DNA from: a virus
DNA length: 41,175 bases
Reading direction: 5' to 3' (one strand)
IMG/VR virus record: IMGVR_UViG_3300027651_000001
Span: 1-41,175 of that record
Shown: piece by piece, positions 14,803 to 24,505 of the stretch
Layout of the letters: the number at the start of each line of letters is the position of its first letter
Numbering within the stretch: position 1 is the stretch's first letter
Notes under the pieces: generated by a model
Database searches by the model: none
Told to the model about the DNA's origin: nothing
Seen by the model: only the letters and a program-made list of their open reading frames with translations
Made by a program: the position numbers and the translations under genes

Positions 14803-16711
14803 CAAGCCCTCCTGTAAGTTGCTGCATCCCGCCTGAGAAGTCCGGGAAAGAGATTGGGTTTGCCGGGGGAGACATGGCAAGCAACATCCGCTGAGCGACG
14901 CGCGTTCCGCTCCTCGGGTTGGCCGGCGGTGGCGTCCCCTGGTTCGGCGCTGCGTACATGTGCAGACCGTCCGTGCCTGCCCCTGTGTTGGTTACGTCAA
15001 CGAGGTCTGTATCGTTGTTCGGATAGGTATAGTCGGCATAGTAGCCGCTGACAGGGACGTTGAGAATGGACGGGTGTCCATCTCCAACCGCCTCCGTGTC
15101 AGCCGCCTGCACCATAGAGGCGTAGGAGGGGTTTGCGGCGACGAATGCGGCGACGGCAGGTTGAATCACACTGGTAAAGATTGTGTGCCAATAGGCGGGC
15201 GTGATTGTCGCACCTGTCGGGAAGCCTGCCCTTCCGTTGTTGTCTCCGTTGGAGGATACGCGCGGGGACGGAGGGAAAAACCACCACTTGATACCGGAGG
15301 CAGGCCCATTCGTCAGCAAGGACGTGACCATCGACTGATACTCGGTCACGGCAAGCGCGATGAACCCCGCGTAGTTTCCGCAGTTGCCATAGGCTGCGTT
15401 ATAGTAGTAGTTTGGCGTCGGAGGACCGTTCGGGTAACCGGCCCAATCGTTTGTAAAGTAGCTGGTCGCGCCGGTGTCGATCAACTGGTTCGGGTTGGCA
15501 GCGTTCCATGTTGCGATGAAAGCACCCATTGTGGGGGCGTACCAGGCCCCCGCGTGCTGGTCGTAGTGGATGACCGCCGCCCCGCCGTAGCTGAAATTGC
15601 AGAGCCCCCTGCCCATCAACTGCGCCAGGTTCCACGCCCATCCTCTATCGCCCGGTTGCTGCAATCCGCCGTTCTGGACATACGTCTGATTGATCGGAGT
15701 AGAGGGGTTGTTCGCCCCGGTGCTGTCCGTGTAGACGCAGATCATGGGGCGTCGCCTGTCGGTCGATTGATCCAGCCCGCCGCCCGTCCCCGCGATGCAG
15801 ATACCCGAGAGGCTGAACCCCGCTCCGTCGCAATGTACGATGTCGATGATATCGCCACCCGTCACGGCGCAACAGTCGTAGACATCCATAGGAAACCCGT
15901 TGGGTCCTGTCCCGCCGCCGGGCAGGATGTACTGTGAACCGTTGGTGTTGCCGGTTATCGGGGCAGGCGCACCGTTCTTCCAGATCGCCACCACGCCGGA
16001 CTGCGCGGCGCTCATCAGCAGCGATAGGTGCGTGCTCCCTGCCTTGACCTTTATCCGCAGGTTATGGCAGCAGGTTCCGGGAACCGGGTTAAAGGCGGTC
16101 GGGTAGGACTGCGCGGGCATACCGGAGATGCCGCCGCTGGCAACCCAGTCATGTCCTTCGTAGGCTACCGCGCCGGTCGTAATGTTGGCCCCCGCCACGG
16201 TCGGGGTCGTGGACATCATCACGCACTGCCCGAAGGGGACGTAGCCGATCACGGTAGGGGAGAGTAGGACCGGTGTCCCGCCGCTGTCGTAGATGTGGAG
16301 CGTAGCGTCCGGGAACATGTTGAAGGTCTGGACGGGACTGTATATCAGAACCTCATGCGTCCCGGCGGCAAGGGGAGTGTTGGGAATAAGGTAGGGAACG
16401 AAGGTTGTACTCCCGATGCTTGTCAGTTCGTACGATCCGTCAACCAGGCTGCCAGAGTAGTACGTATTGTGGAGAGCGCCCGCCGCGCCGAACGTATCGA
16501 TGGCGTGAGAGGTTCCGTCAACGACCGCCAGGACCGGCGTGCCGTTGAACTTCCAGTTGCGGTATTGGATGTCGCCGGTTCCGGTGAGCGTGAACTTGAC
16601 GACAGCCATAGAGTACGCGCCGGAGGAACCGAATTGGTTGCTTCCGTCTATCGCCCATGCGCCGACCATGCCCACAGGGGCCGTTGTTACCGGAACCGCA
16701 AGGTAGCCCAC
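14795..16711 (-). CDS. Tail spike / receptor-binding protein (638 aa)
   Basis: GTG start after AAGGAG; large beta-rich protein directly after the fiber gene; VYTDSTGAN weakly resembles SGNH block I (unverified). Confidence 0.5.
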   Translation of the reverse strand: MGYLAVPVTTAPVGMVGAWAIDGSNQFGSSGAYSMAVVKFTLTGTGDIQYRNWKFNGTPVLAVVDGTSHAIDTFGAAGALHNTYYSGSLVDGSYELTSIGSTTFVPYLIPNTPLAAGTHEVLIYSPVQTFNMFPDATLHIYDSGGTPVLLSPTVIGYVPFGQCVMMSTTPTVAGANITTGAVAYEGHDWVASGGISGMPAQSYPTAFNPVPGTCCHNLRIKVKAGSTHLSLLMSAAQSGVVAIWKNGAPAPITGNTNGSQYILPGGGTGPNGFPMDVYDCCAVTGGDIIDIVHCDGAGFSLSGICIAGTGGGLDQSTDRRRPMICVYTDSTGANNPSTPINQTYVQNGGLQQPGDRGWAWNLAQLMGRGLCNFSYGGAAVIHYDQHAGAWYAPTMGAFIATWNAANPNQLIDTGATSYFTNDWAGYPNGPPTPNYYYNAAYGNCGNYAGFIALAVTEYQSMVTSLLTNGPASGIKWWFFPPSPRVSSNGDNNGRAGFPTGATITPAYWHTIFTSVIQPAVAAFVAANPSYASMVQAADTEAVGDGHPSILNVPVSGYYADYTYPNNDTDLVDVTNTGAGTDGLHMYAAPNQGTPPPANPRSGTRVAQRMLLAMSPPANPISFPDFSGGMQQLTGGLDG

Positions 16712-16723
16712 TCAGTACTCTCC

Positions 16724-17404
16724 TTAGTTCCCCGTCGAGTTCATGATCGAGTTCCAGTTCGTCCCGTCCGAATGGTAAAGTACGGCCCCACCCGGCGGTA
16801 TCGACGTGATGTTCAGGACGCTCCCGCTGGTCGCCGTCACCGTCACGTTGAACGCTCCAGCGCCGGTGTTCTTGATCCAGACAAAGCGCCCTGTGTTGAT
16901 TGCTCCGCCCACGAACTGAATCGTAATCGCGCCCGCCGTCGTATCGGCGAATATCGTGATGTCTCCGCCGCTGACAGTATACGGCGAACCAGCATGGGTG
17001 ACCACCGTCGGCGGGATGGTCCCGAAGACGGCGTTGACGATGATCGTATTCCCGGTTTGACCCAGCAGGACGCCGGTCCCCTGCTCTAACGTAACGTCGC
17101 CGGTCAAGGCCGGGTTGCCCATAGAGAGGAGAGAGTGAACGCCTTCGTGGGCGTGGTCCTCTCTCGCGTACGAAGACAGTATACCCACAATTCCTACAGC
17201 TTCGACAGGCGTCACCGTCGTAGCCCCGGTGATGTTCAGTACCGGCGGCAAGGGCGCGACAGGCGAAGGCGTGGGCTTCGTGGTGGCGGCAGGCTTCTTC
17301 ATCCCGGCGACCTGCGTTTGAAGGTCCGTAACCAGCTTGTAGAGCCTCCGGAAGTCTTCGTCTATCGCCCTATCGCCGCTCGTCCTATTGATCTTTGTTG
17401 GCAT
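16724..17404 (-). CDS. Tail fiber protein (226 aa)
   Basis: N-terminal coiled segment, Pro-rich linker, then the SSYAREDHAHEG motif (S..AR.DH.H) recurrent in phage tail fibers. Confidence 0.6.
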   Translation of the reverse strand: MPTKINRTSGDRAIDEDFRRLYKLVTDLQTQVAGMKKPAATTKPTPSPVAPLPPVLNITGATTVTPVEAVGIVGILSSYAREDHAHEGVHSLLSMGNPALTGDVTLEQGTGVLLGQTGNTIIVNAVFGTIPPTVVTHAGSPYTVSGGDITIFADTTAGAITIQFVGGAINTGRFVWIKNTGAGAFNVTVTATSGSVLNITSIPPGGAVLYHSDGTNWNSIMNSTGN

Positions 17405-17458
17405 TTATTCACCGAAAACCGGCAACGCGTTGCCGGTTTTGTCTACTGGTTTGTCTAC
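17401..17458 (-). terminator. Terminator module: two GTAGACAAA repeats, then a palindromic hairpin and TTTTCGGTGA (paralog of 40809-40866)
   Basis: Palindrome AAAACCGGCAACGCGTTGCCGGTTTT at 17415-17440; TTTGTCTAC at 17438-17446 and 17450-17458 (+ strand). Confidence 0.6.
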
Positions 17459-19951
17459 TTATCCGCCCTTCGTTCCGGGCAGGATACCGGCTTCGTACAT
17501 GGCCCGGCGGAGGGTGACGTTGTTGCCTGCCGTGAACTGGAACGACATCTTGTATCCGCGCAGGTCCGGCGCGCCGGGGAACCAGCACTCGTCAATGCCG
17601 GGTGTTTGCACAGTAAACAGGTTTCTGGCAGAAACGGGGACGGCGGCCGACGCTACCTTCGCGATTTGCACCTGTACCGGGCCGGAGGCGTCCAGCAGGA
17701 TACCGTTGACGGTGTTCGGTTCCGGGGCCATCTGGAAGCCACTTCGGTAGACCCAGTTCGGAATCGCCGCTCCGGTCGTCGTATCGGTGCCTATCTGCAT
17801 ATCCCGGAAGCAGGAGTTCGGCTGCCAGCGCCCCACGAAGCGCGAGGAGGGAACCAGCCACATCTGGTCAACTCGTGTGCGCGTGATCCCTCCGGAGACG
17901 CCTAACACTTCGCTCCACGATGCGCCGACGACAACGCTGTCCGCAATGGTTCCCGTACTCCACCGCCGCTTGACGAAATCGTAGCGCAGGTACTTCTGTC
18001 CCTTGAAGACGAGAAGCTTCCGGTCCTGGTAGGCCACCACGACCGACCCGTCCGGCGCGAAGGTCTTCATGTAGTAGTCTCGGATCGGCTCCGAGAGTTC
18101 GCTGACCTGGGACTGATTGGACGCCATGTAGATACCGTCCCAGGAGGCCCAAAAGAACTGCTGCTCAAAGAACCCGTACGCCTGTCGCCCGATGACGCCA
18201 CGCCGCATCAGGACGAAGGGCGGGCTGTCGGGCGACACATCGCTCATAGAGCGCACCATCGCCGATGTGCCGATGTAGAGCGCGTCCCCGTCGCCGTTGA
18301 CGCATAGGCCGATCTCCGTAGGCGCCGGCGACACGTCGAAGCTCCATCCGTCCGCCGGGATCAAAGCGACGGGGGGCCATTGGGGTATCGGATTCGTCGT
18401 CACCCCGACCGGCGTGAATGAGGAGATCGATACCTGATTCTGAAACACGACCGCCAGCCGCCCAGCATAGGCGCTCATCTGCGTTGCCGGGGGGCCTGGC
18501 CCGCCTGCCGTGTAGATCATGTTCGCATTGGCGGTCGATCCTGTGTTATCGGTGATGCTCCACGCGGTTCCTGCCGTCTGCCAGTAGGTAACGTTGGCCG
18601 GCAGGTCGCTGTTGGTTCCCGTGCCGGATGTCCAGGCCGATCCATCGGCGCGCTTCGCGTTGACGGCCGTTCCGTCCGTGGAGTAGACCGAACTGCCAAC
18701 GAGCGAGATCCCGTTCGGCGTACTCCGGTAGAGGCGAACCGTGTCCGCGTTGGAGTACTGCGCCGCCGCAGGGATCGTCCCGTTGAAGGTGTAGACCGAG
18801 GAAAAGTCCGAAGCGGCCGGGAAGGCGAGTCCGATCCCCTTGTTGAAGTTGTCGGAAACGGTCTGGGAGTCCGGGTTGCTGCTCCTCGTCCCCAGGCTGA
18901 CGAAGTTATTGTAGTTCCAGTGTGCGGCAAGGAAGGTCGGGAAGTTGACCCCGTTGTTGTTATAGACCACCGGGACCGGCGTTGAAAGGCTGCTCTCAAC
19001 GCCCGTCACGCTGTTGAAATAGGTAACGTAGTAGTTGACGGTCCCCGCTTCCGGCGCGGTCGGGATGGGCATGACCCCGTAGACGCAAAACGGATGGGTG
19101 TCCGGTCCCAGTTGCGTGAACCGGATCTTGTTGATGGCGCCCAGCACCGTAGGATCGAGGCCCTGTAGGTGGCCGTAGAGAACCCACGGGGAGCCGTTCG
19201 TATTCGGTGGGTCGGAGACGGTCGCGATGGGAACATAGGTGCCGCTCGCCGTTCCGATCTCCACCTTGAAGGTGCCGTTCCCCCCGGAGATCGTTTCGGG
19301 GGAGCAGGCCACCATCAGCCATGTGATGTCTGCCCAGTTGTAGGTAGCGGCAAAGGTGTAGATCGCCACATTCCCGATCGCGCCTGCGATCCCGTCCCAT
19401 CCCGTCACCCCGGATGCCGCAATCGTTAGCGTGCTGCCCGCCGTGGACAGTCCGTGAAGCTGGATGATGGAGAGCGAGGAGAGGGTGAAGGTCGGCTGAA
19501 CGGCGGTCGGCAGGGACAAGAGCGCGTGAAGGGTGTAGTCGCTTGTGATGCGTACCCAGGTCGGCGCGGCGGCGTTGTTGGCGAGGTAGAACGAAGTGTT
19601 CAACTGTGCCCCGCATACCTGGTCCGACGCTCCGAACGTCCCGGTCCCCAACAGGGTTACAGAGCCGTCTGAGGCGGTTTCTGTGGTGGGTTCGACGATG
19701 AGGTAGACATTTCCCCCTACCACGGCGACAAAGCGCTGTGAGGACGCAGAGGGCCGGAACCGCCCGAAGAACTGGACGGTCCCGGAACCGGCGATCGAGG
19801 AGGGGAGCGCGGAGCGGTATCCGCACCGGCCGTTAACCGCGTCATCGTCAAGGAAGGCGTCGGATACGGTCTGCCCCTGCCCGAGGGTGAGCAGGTGGGG
19901 GTCGTCGAGGGCGGCGAAGCCCATGAAGGGGATGGGGAGGAGTTCGGCCAT
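17459..19951 (-). CDS. Large tail protein (830 aa; tail tubular B / nozzle-like by position)
   Basis: Size and position after the adaptor-like gene and before the fibers, as in podovirus gene order. Confidence 0.5.
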   Translation of the reverse strand: MAELLPIPFMGFAALDDPHLLTLGQGQTVSDAFLDDDAVNGRCGYRSALPSSIAGSGTVQFFGRFRPSASSQRFVAVVGGNVYLIVEPTTETASDGSVTLLGTGTFGASDQVCGAQLNTSFYLANNAAAPTWVRITSDYTLHALLSLPTAVQPTFTLSSLSIIQLHGLSTAGSTLTIAASGVTGWDGIAGAIGNVAIYTFAATYNWADITWLMVACSPETISGGNGTFKVEIGTASGTYVPIATVSDPPNTNGSPWVLYGHLQGLDPTVLGAINKIRFTQLGPDTHPFCVYGVMPIPTAPEAGTVNYYVTYFNSVTGVESSLSTPVPVVYNNNGVNFPTFLAAHWNYNNFVSLGTRSSNPDSQTVSDNFNKGIGLAFPAASDFSSVYTFNGTIPAAAQYSNADTVRLYRSTPNGISLVGSSVYSTDGTAVNAKRADGSAWTSGTGTNSDLPANVTYWQTAGTAWSITDNTGSTANANMIYTAGGPGPPATQMSAYAGRLAVVFQNQVSISSFTPVGVTTNPIPQWPPVALIPADGWSFDVSPAPTEIGLCVNGDGDALYIGTSAMVRSMSDVSPDSPPFVLMRRGVIGRQAYGFFEQQFFWASWDGIYMASNQSQVSELSEPIRDYYMKTFAPDGSVVVAYQDRKLLVFKGQKYLRYDFVKRRWSTGTIADSVVVGASWSEVLGVSGGITRTRVDQMWLVPSSRFVGRWQPNSCFRDMQIGTDTTTGAAIPNWVYRSGFQMAPEPNTVNGILLDASGPVQVQIAKVASAAVPVSARNLFTVQTPGIDECWFPGAPDLRGYKMSFQFTAGNNVTLRRAMYEAGILPGTKGG

Positions 19952-19954
19952 TCA

Positions 19955-20728
19955 TCATCCTTGATTGGGGAAGTAGCCGTCCGGCGTTCTGTACCACGGG
20001 AAGTACCGATTGCCGTTGTCGAGGTAGCCGGTGCGGGGCATACAGACGTAACGATTGATGAGCGCCGCCTCCTGGTCTACGCTGTCCTGGTTGAACTCCT
20101 TCACCAGGTCCATAGCCTCCGCATGATACCGGGCCAGCGTTCCCAACTCCTCCCCCCGGGCAATGGGCTTGGCGAAGTAGTACGCTCCCAAGAGGCACAC
20201 CGCCTCTATATACCTGTCCAGCCAGGGGAGCGTGTCGTCCTCCGCTTGCAGGTCCGGCAGGTCGCGGTTCCCGCTGAACTGGATCAGGATACCGCCGTCC
20301 GCCGGCGGAGGGTAAAGCCCGATCTTCTGAGGTTCCGCCACATACCACGCCTGCGGGACCGAAGAGGGGATGTCGAGGTACTGAACATCGACTTTTCGGA
20401 GTTTCTGCCGGGTCGTCTGCGGGAAGTAACTGCCCTGCCCGACGATGCTCTGTGAAATGTTCCACAGAGCATCATCGTTCCACGAAAGCCACATCCGGTC
20501 CCCTATCGGCTGCCCAACCGGCAGAATATCGGATATCATATTATAGACGGCCTGGTTCGGCACCGTCTGAATAATGGCCGTCTCCTGGTTGGTGTTCGTG
20601 TACCGGATGAACTCCTGTTTTCCGTACTGAACCAGTGCCGCCGGGTTGGGCGCGGGGAATCCGTTGCTCCAGCCACCCAGGGTCAGCAGTTGGATGACTC
20701 GCTGCTGCATGTCGTCGAAGGTGAACAC
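19955..20728 (-). CDS. Head-tail adaptor / tail tubular A-like protein (257 aa)
   Basis: Position between the capsid accessory genes and the 830-aa tail protein. Confidence 0.4.
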   Translation of the reverse strand: MFTFDDMQQRVIQLLTLGGWSNGFPAPNPAALVQYGKQEFIRYTNTNQETAIIQTVPNQAVYNMISDILPVGQPIGDRMWLSWNDDALWNISQSIVGQGSYFPQTTRQKLRKVDVQYLDIPSSVPQAWYVAEPQKIGLYPPPADGGILIQFSGNRDLPDLQAEDDTLPWLDRYIEAVCLLGAYYFAKPIARGEELGTLARYHAEAMDLVKEFNQDSVDQEAALINRYVCMPRTGYLDNGNRYFPWYRTPDGYFPNQG

Positions 20729-20729
20729 C

Positions 20730-21179
20730 TTACGCTACCTCGAAGGCAACGGACTCCGGGACAAGGATCTCGTACGTGTGACTGATACGGCCCGGATCGA
20801 CGGTTGTCACCCGGACGATCTTCTCCCCGTTCGGACCCTTCTTGTTCAGCACCGTAGCGGAGTCGCCGCGGCAGGACTCCGCATACCCGCCCGCACAGGC
20901 CCACTCCGGCCACGTAGCGGCATGGAGGACAGCGCGCGCGGCGTCGGCATGGATGGAGACGTGTGTCGGCTTCTCCTCCGGCTGCGCTTCTTCGGCGGCC
21001 GGTTCCAGCTCCGCCCGGGCCACCAGGACCGGCGAAGCCAGCGGAACGGCGGGCGTGTGGGTGCGCGGGGTCTTGACCGTCCCCTCCGCCGTTCGATACC
21101 GGGGAAGATTGTTCGCGTCCTTCTCCTGTCGAACCAGCGTCTCCCCGATCCTGTGCGTTGCCCAAAAGTCTTCGACCAC
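20730..21179 (-). CDS. Hypothetical head-associated protein (149 aa)
   Basis: GTG at 21179 preceded by AGGGG, just after the upstream stop; the longer 21287 start would overlap heavily. Confidence 0.4.
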   Translation of the reverse strand: MVEDFWATHRIGETLVRQEKDANNLPRYRTAEGTVKTPRTHTPAVPLASPVLVARAELEPAAEEAQPEEKPTHVSIHADAARAVLHAATWPEWACAGGYAESCRGDSATVLNKKGPNGEKIVRVTTVDPGRISHTYEILVPESVAFEVA

Positions 21180-21190
21180 GATGTACCCCT

Positions 21191-21697
21191 TTACGCAAAG
21201 GTGACGGTGGAGTTGCCGGCGGTCTGGTACTTCAACCCGGCTTCCACGACGAAAATCTCCAGCGTGGTTCCGTCGTCCGAAACCCATCCGACCTGCTGGA
21301 TCGCGTCTCCGTTCGTGGACGTCAGATTGCAGGTGTAGTTGCTGACCGTGGACGTGGGCACTGGCCCCAGGTAGACCGGCGCACCCTTCGCCAGACCCGG
21401 GACCAGAGTAGTGTTCGCGTTCAGCATCAGCCCGTAGCGGGCGATGGAACAGCGCTGCGTCGTTCCGTCTCCGGTCCGGCTCGTGATCGTGCTGTTGTTC
21501 CCCTCGAAGAAGGCGACGCCGAGCGCCTTGATGATGGAACCTGCGGTCTTGGAAGCGACGACAACAAAGCCGTTCGTGTCCATGCCTACGAGGTCTCCTT
21601 CGTTGACGATCTCCGCGTTCTTGATGAGGAAGTTCTTCTTGAAACAGAGCGTCGGCTCCGTCAGGATCATCGGGGTAGTTTGCGCAGCTCCGGCCAT
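21191..21697 (-). CDS. DUF2190-like head decoration/cement protein (168 aa)
   Basis: ...NEGDLVGMDTNGFVVVASKTAGSIIKALGVAFFEG... resembles the DUF2190 pattern; located just downstream of the capsid gene (one gene between). Confidence 0.45.
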   Translation of the reverse strand: MAGAAQTTPMILTEPTLCFKKNFLIKNAEIVNEGDLVGMDTNGFVVVASKTAGSIIKALGVAFFEGNNSTITSRTGDGTTQRCSIARYGLMLNANTTLVPGLAKGAPVYLGPVPTSTVSNYTCNLTSTNGDAIQQVGWVSDDGTTLEIFVVEAGLKYQTAGNSTVTFA

Positions 21698-21709
21698 TGT
21701 CTGTCTCCC

Positions 21710-22147
21710 TTACGAATTATCGCTGTACAGGCGCCACTGGTAAGCGCCGTTGAGGTTGCCCCCGGTTGTGTTGTAGATTGAAACCCGGTACTGATAGCCG
21801 ACCTGAATGTTGAGGGTAGCCGACTGGGTGAAGCCCGCCGCGCCTCCGTCTACCGTCACCGTTGACGAGGCCACCTGCAGGCCGACGTACCAGGTAGTGC
21901 CGCCGTCTGTCGTAAACTGGTAGTCCAGGTTGAAGGCCGCGTTTGCCGCGACGTTGATTACCAGCGCCTCGGACTCCCGACCGCTTGCCGTGTAGAACGG
22001 GACTGTCGGGTACGACGTGCCGCTGTTGCGCAGGTCCGGGCCAGGCGCTTGCGGCGGGAAGAGAATGAGCGCCGTAGTGCCGCCCAACCCCGTGAAGGAG
22101 CCTGCCCCGAAATCGTTTGTCCCTGTTTCCTGGTTTACCAGTGCCAT
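21710..22147 (-). CDS. BNR (Asp-box) domain protein, capsid-proximal (145 aa)
   Basis: FNLDYQFTTDGGTTWY; paralogous to the C-terminus of 13333-14121. Confidence 0.5.
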   Translation of the reverse strand: MALVNQETGTNDFGAGSFTGLGGTTALILFPPQAPGPDLRNSGTSYPTVPFYTASGRESEALVINVAANAAFNLDYQFTTDGGTTWYVGLQVASSTVTVDGGAAGFTQSATLNIQVGYQYRVSIYNTTGGNLNGAYQWRLYSDNS

Positions 22148-22185
22148 AGGTCAGTAATTCCTTTACTGAAAGCAATTACTGACTG

Positions 22186-23310
22186 TCATTGCGTGAGATT
22201 ATAATTCACACAATGCACATTTCCGAGGTGTCGGCTCGTCAGGGCGAGGTACATTGAGCCCAGTTCCTCCTCGATCAACTTCGGTTCGACGACCGTTTTG
22301 AACTTCGGTCGGTTCCCGTCCATTCGGAGCGTCAGGTAGTCGGTGTTGATGCAGAACATGTGGTTATTGACGGCCGTCGCCGTGCCGGAAATGAAACCGG
22401 CGGTCGGACAGCGCCGGTCTACCACGATCCGCATTCCCCGGAAGTAGAGGTGATGGAATCCAAACCGGGCCGTATCCGCTTCGTGGAAGACGAGGCCACC
22501 ATTCGAGCCGCCGATTGTCAGGAGGTTCTGCAGCTTGGAGAAGAGTCCGGAGGGGCAGATACAGAGCTTCGGAGACTTGTTCTCCTGGATCGCCTCCTCC
22601 ATCGTGTCGTTCAAGATCTGGACGGTGAGCGGGGTCGCGCCCGGGGAGTAGATCGAACCGTTGATGAGCGGTGTACACCAGTAGGCGGCGCCGGTCGCGG
22701 TCCTGGGAATGTTGCCGACGGTGGTCTGTGCCGTCGCCCCGGTGGCTGAAACGACAGGCGCTTGAATCTGCGACGCCTGCACGGGGAGGATGTTTGCGCC
22801 GCTCGTGGAGGTGGTTCCGCCGTTCAGAGCCGTCCGCAGACTCATGATCTGCGTGCGCCCGCCGATGGTAAGCGGTCCCTCCGGCGCGGCCCACAGGTCG
22901 TTCATCAGTTTGTTATCGGAGCGCTCCAGGGCATTCTCGTGGATGGCCTGAATCCAGTTGACCATCTCCACCTTGCCGCCCGCGCGCTTCATGTCGTAGT
23001 CCTGCCACGATACGTTTATGGCATATTCGGACAGCAGCCATTCCGCCTGGGTGAAGCCGGTCATAGGCTGCGCGTCGATTGTGGCGTACGCATTGCTCTG
23101 CCCCTGCAGCTGCGGCCCGGTATCGACGGGCACCATCAGGGGTTCCCTCATTTGAACCCCGTAGCCGGACGGCTGGATACGGCCCGACATCGCCATCATG
23201 CGCCAGAGCGGGGAGCGCTGCGTGAACAGCGACATATAGTTCCTGGAGAGCCAGGCGTCCCTCACGGCGGTGGAAAATCCGCTCGGGTTATCGGCTGCCT
23301 GAAGGGCCAT
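22186..23310 (-). CDS. Major capsid protein (374 aa)
   Basis: Size and position directly after the scaffold-like gene; no motif-level proof. Confidence 0.65.
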   Translation of the reverse strand: MALQAADNPSGFSTAVRDAWLSRNYMSLFTQRSPLWRMMAMSGRIQPSGYGVQMREPLMVPVDTGPQLQGQSNAYATIDAQPMTGFTQAEWLLSEYAINVSWQDYDMKRAGGKVEMVNWIQAIHENALERSDNKLMNDLWAAPEGPLTIGGRTQIMSLRTALNGGTTSTSGANILPVQASQIQAPVVSATGATAQTTVGNIPRTATGAAYWCTPLINGSIYSPGATPLTVQILNDTMEEAIQENKSPKLCICPSGLFSKLQNLLTIGGSNGGLVFHEADTARFGFHHLYFRGMRIVVDRRCPTAGFISGTATAVNNHMFCINTDYLTLRMDGNRPKFKTVVEPKLIEEELGSMYLALTSRHLGNVHCVNYNLTQ

Positions 23311-23332
23311 GTCCGTATCCTACCTTTCGGGC

Positions 23333-24277
23333 CTACAGTTGGCCCATCGACTTTGCAATCTCAAACATCGAAGCGCCTGCCTTGACGGTGGGCTGCCGCG
23401 TGGAGGAGTTGCCCGGTGTGCCCGGTCGGGTTGCCTTCGATTGCTTATGCTCGGCAACCTTCGTCTTGTAGGCGTCGCCGACCAGCGCCCGCACAGCGCT
23501 CTTGATCGTCGTCCTGCCGTCCTTCAGCTTCTCGCGGACTGCCGCAAGATCCGGGTCCGGGAGTTCAAGGCCGATTGCTTCGCACAGCGCCTCGAACTTC
23601 GCGTTCCCCAACTCCGCGTAGTAGACAGCCGTGGAGATGGGATCGTGGAGGGCGCGCACCTGCTCCTGGACAGCGGAGACGCCTGTCTGGCGCAGGTCGG
23701 CGACTTCCTTCTTGAGGTCGGCGATTCCCTTGATGTTGCCCCAATGGGCCAGCAGTGCCTCTTCGAGGTCGCTCTGAGGCTCGTAGGTGTCGGTGTCGAT
23801 GTCGGGGAGGTTGGCGGAGGTATCTGCGGCGGTTCCGAGGACTTCTTTGAGGAAGGCCGCCTGCTGATCGGCGTTCATGCCCTTCATGGCGACCCGGGCG
23901 ATAACGGCGGGGTCTTTGACGAACGCTTCGTCGAACCGATCCCACATCTCCGCCTTCTGCTGGAGGGTAGGATCAGGCGTAGCGTCTTCGGGCTTTGGAG
24001 GAGGCGTGTCGTCGGCCTTCTTCTCGCCGGCCGGCGCGTCGGCGGTCGCCTCTGCCGCCTTCTTTGCCGCTTCTTCGGCTTCGGCTGCTTCGCGCTCTTT
24101 GCGGTCGGTGTAGTCGTCGAGGGACTCGCCGGGGTGATAGTCCTCTTCCGGGATCGGATCGCTGTTCAGGAAGTCCCATTCCTTCGGCGGCTCCGTAAAC
24201 CCGTCGTTCAGGAGGGCGGCGGGGGCGTCGTCGGGCGTTGTTTCGGTCGGATTATCGAGAAGGGCAGTGTCGGACAT
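23333..24277 (-). CDS. Scaffolding protein (314 aa)
   Basis: Highly acidic, Ala/Glu/Lys-rich helical sequence between the portal and capsid genes. Confidence 0.6.
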   Translation of the reverse strand: MSDTALLDNPTETTPDDAPAALLNDGFTEPPKEWDFLNSDPIPEEDYHPGESLDDYTDRKEREAAEAEEAAKKAAEATADAPAGEKKADDTPPPKPEDATPDPTLQQKAEMWDRFDEAFVKDPAVIARVAMKGMNADQQAAFLKEVLGTAADTSANLPDIDTDTYEPQSDLEEALLAHWGNIKGIADLKKEVADLRQTGVSAVQEQVRALHDPISTAVYYAELGNAKFEALCEAIGLELPDPDLAAVREKLKDGRTTIKSAVRALVGDAYKTKVAEHKQSKATRPGTPGNSSTRQPTVKAGASMFEIAKSMGQL

Positions 24278-24344
24278 AGAAAAGTCTCCCGGTGTGGGTA
24301 TACTTGTCTTGTCCTCGTGGGGGTTGAACGAAGCGAGGGCGCGG

Positions 24345-24374
24345 CCCCTGGAATGTTGCGGAGCTTTCCAGGGG
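24345..24374. other. 9-bp-stem hairpin in the 228-bp noncoding gap between the portal and scaffold genes
   Basis: CCCCTGGAA (24345-24353) pairs with TTCCAGGGG (24366-24374). Confidence 0.4.
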
Positions 24375-24505
24375 CTATTAAATTTTGGCGTCGGACTCCT
24401 CTGAGCGGCGCGCAGACCGAACTCTCAGTGTGGTGCCACCTGTGTATATCCTGCTACCCGGTGGCCCGGTGTGACCGAAAGGAGAGGTCATGCAAGCCTA
24501 TTATA

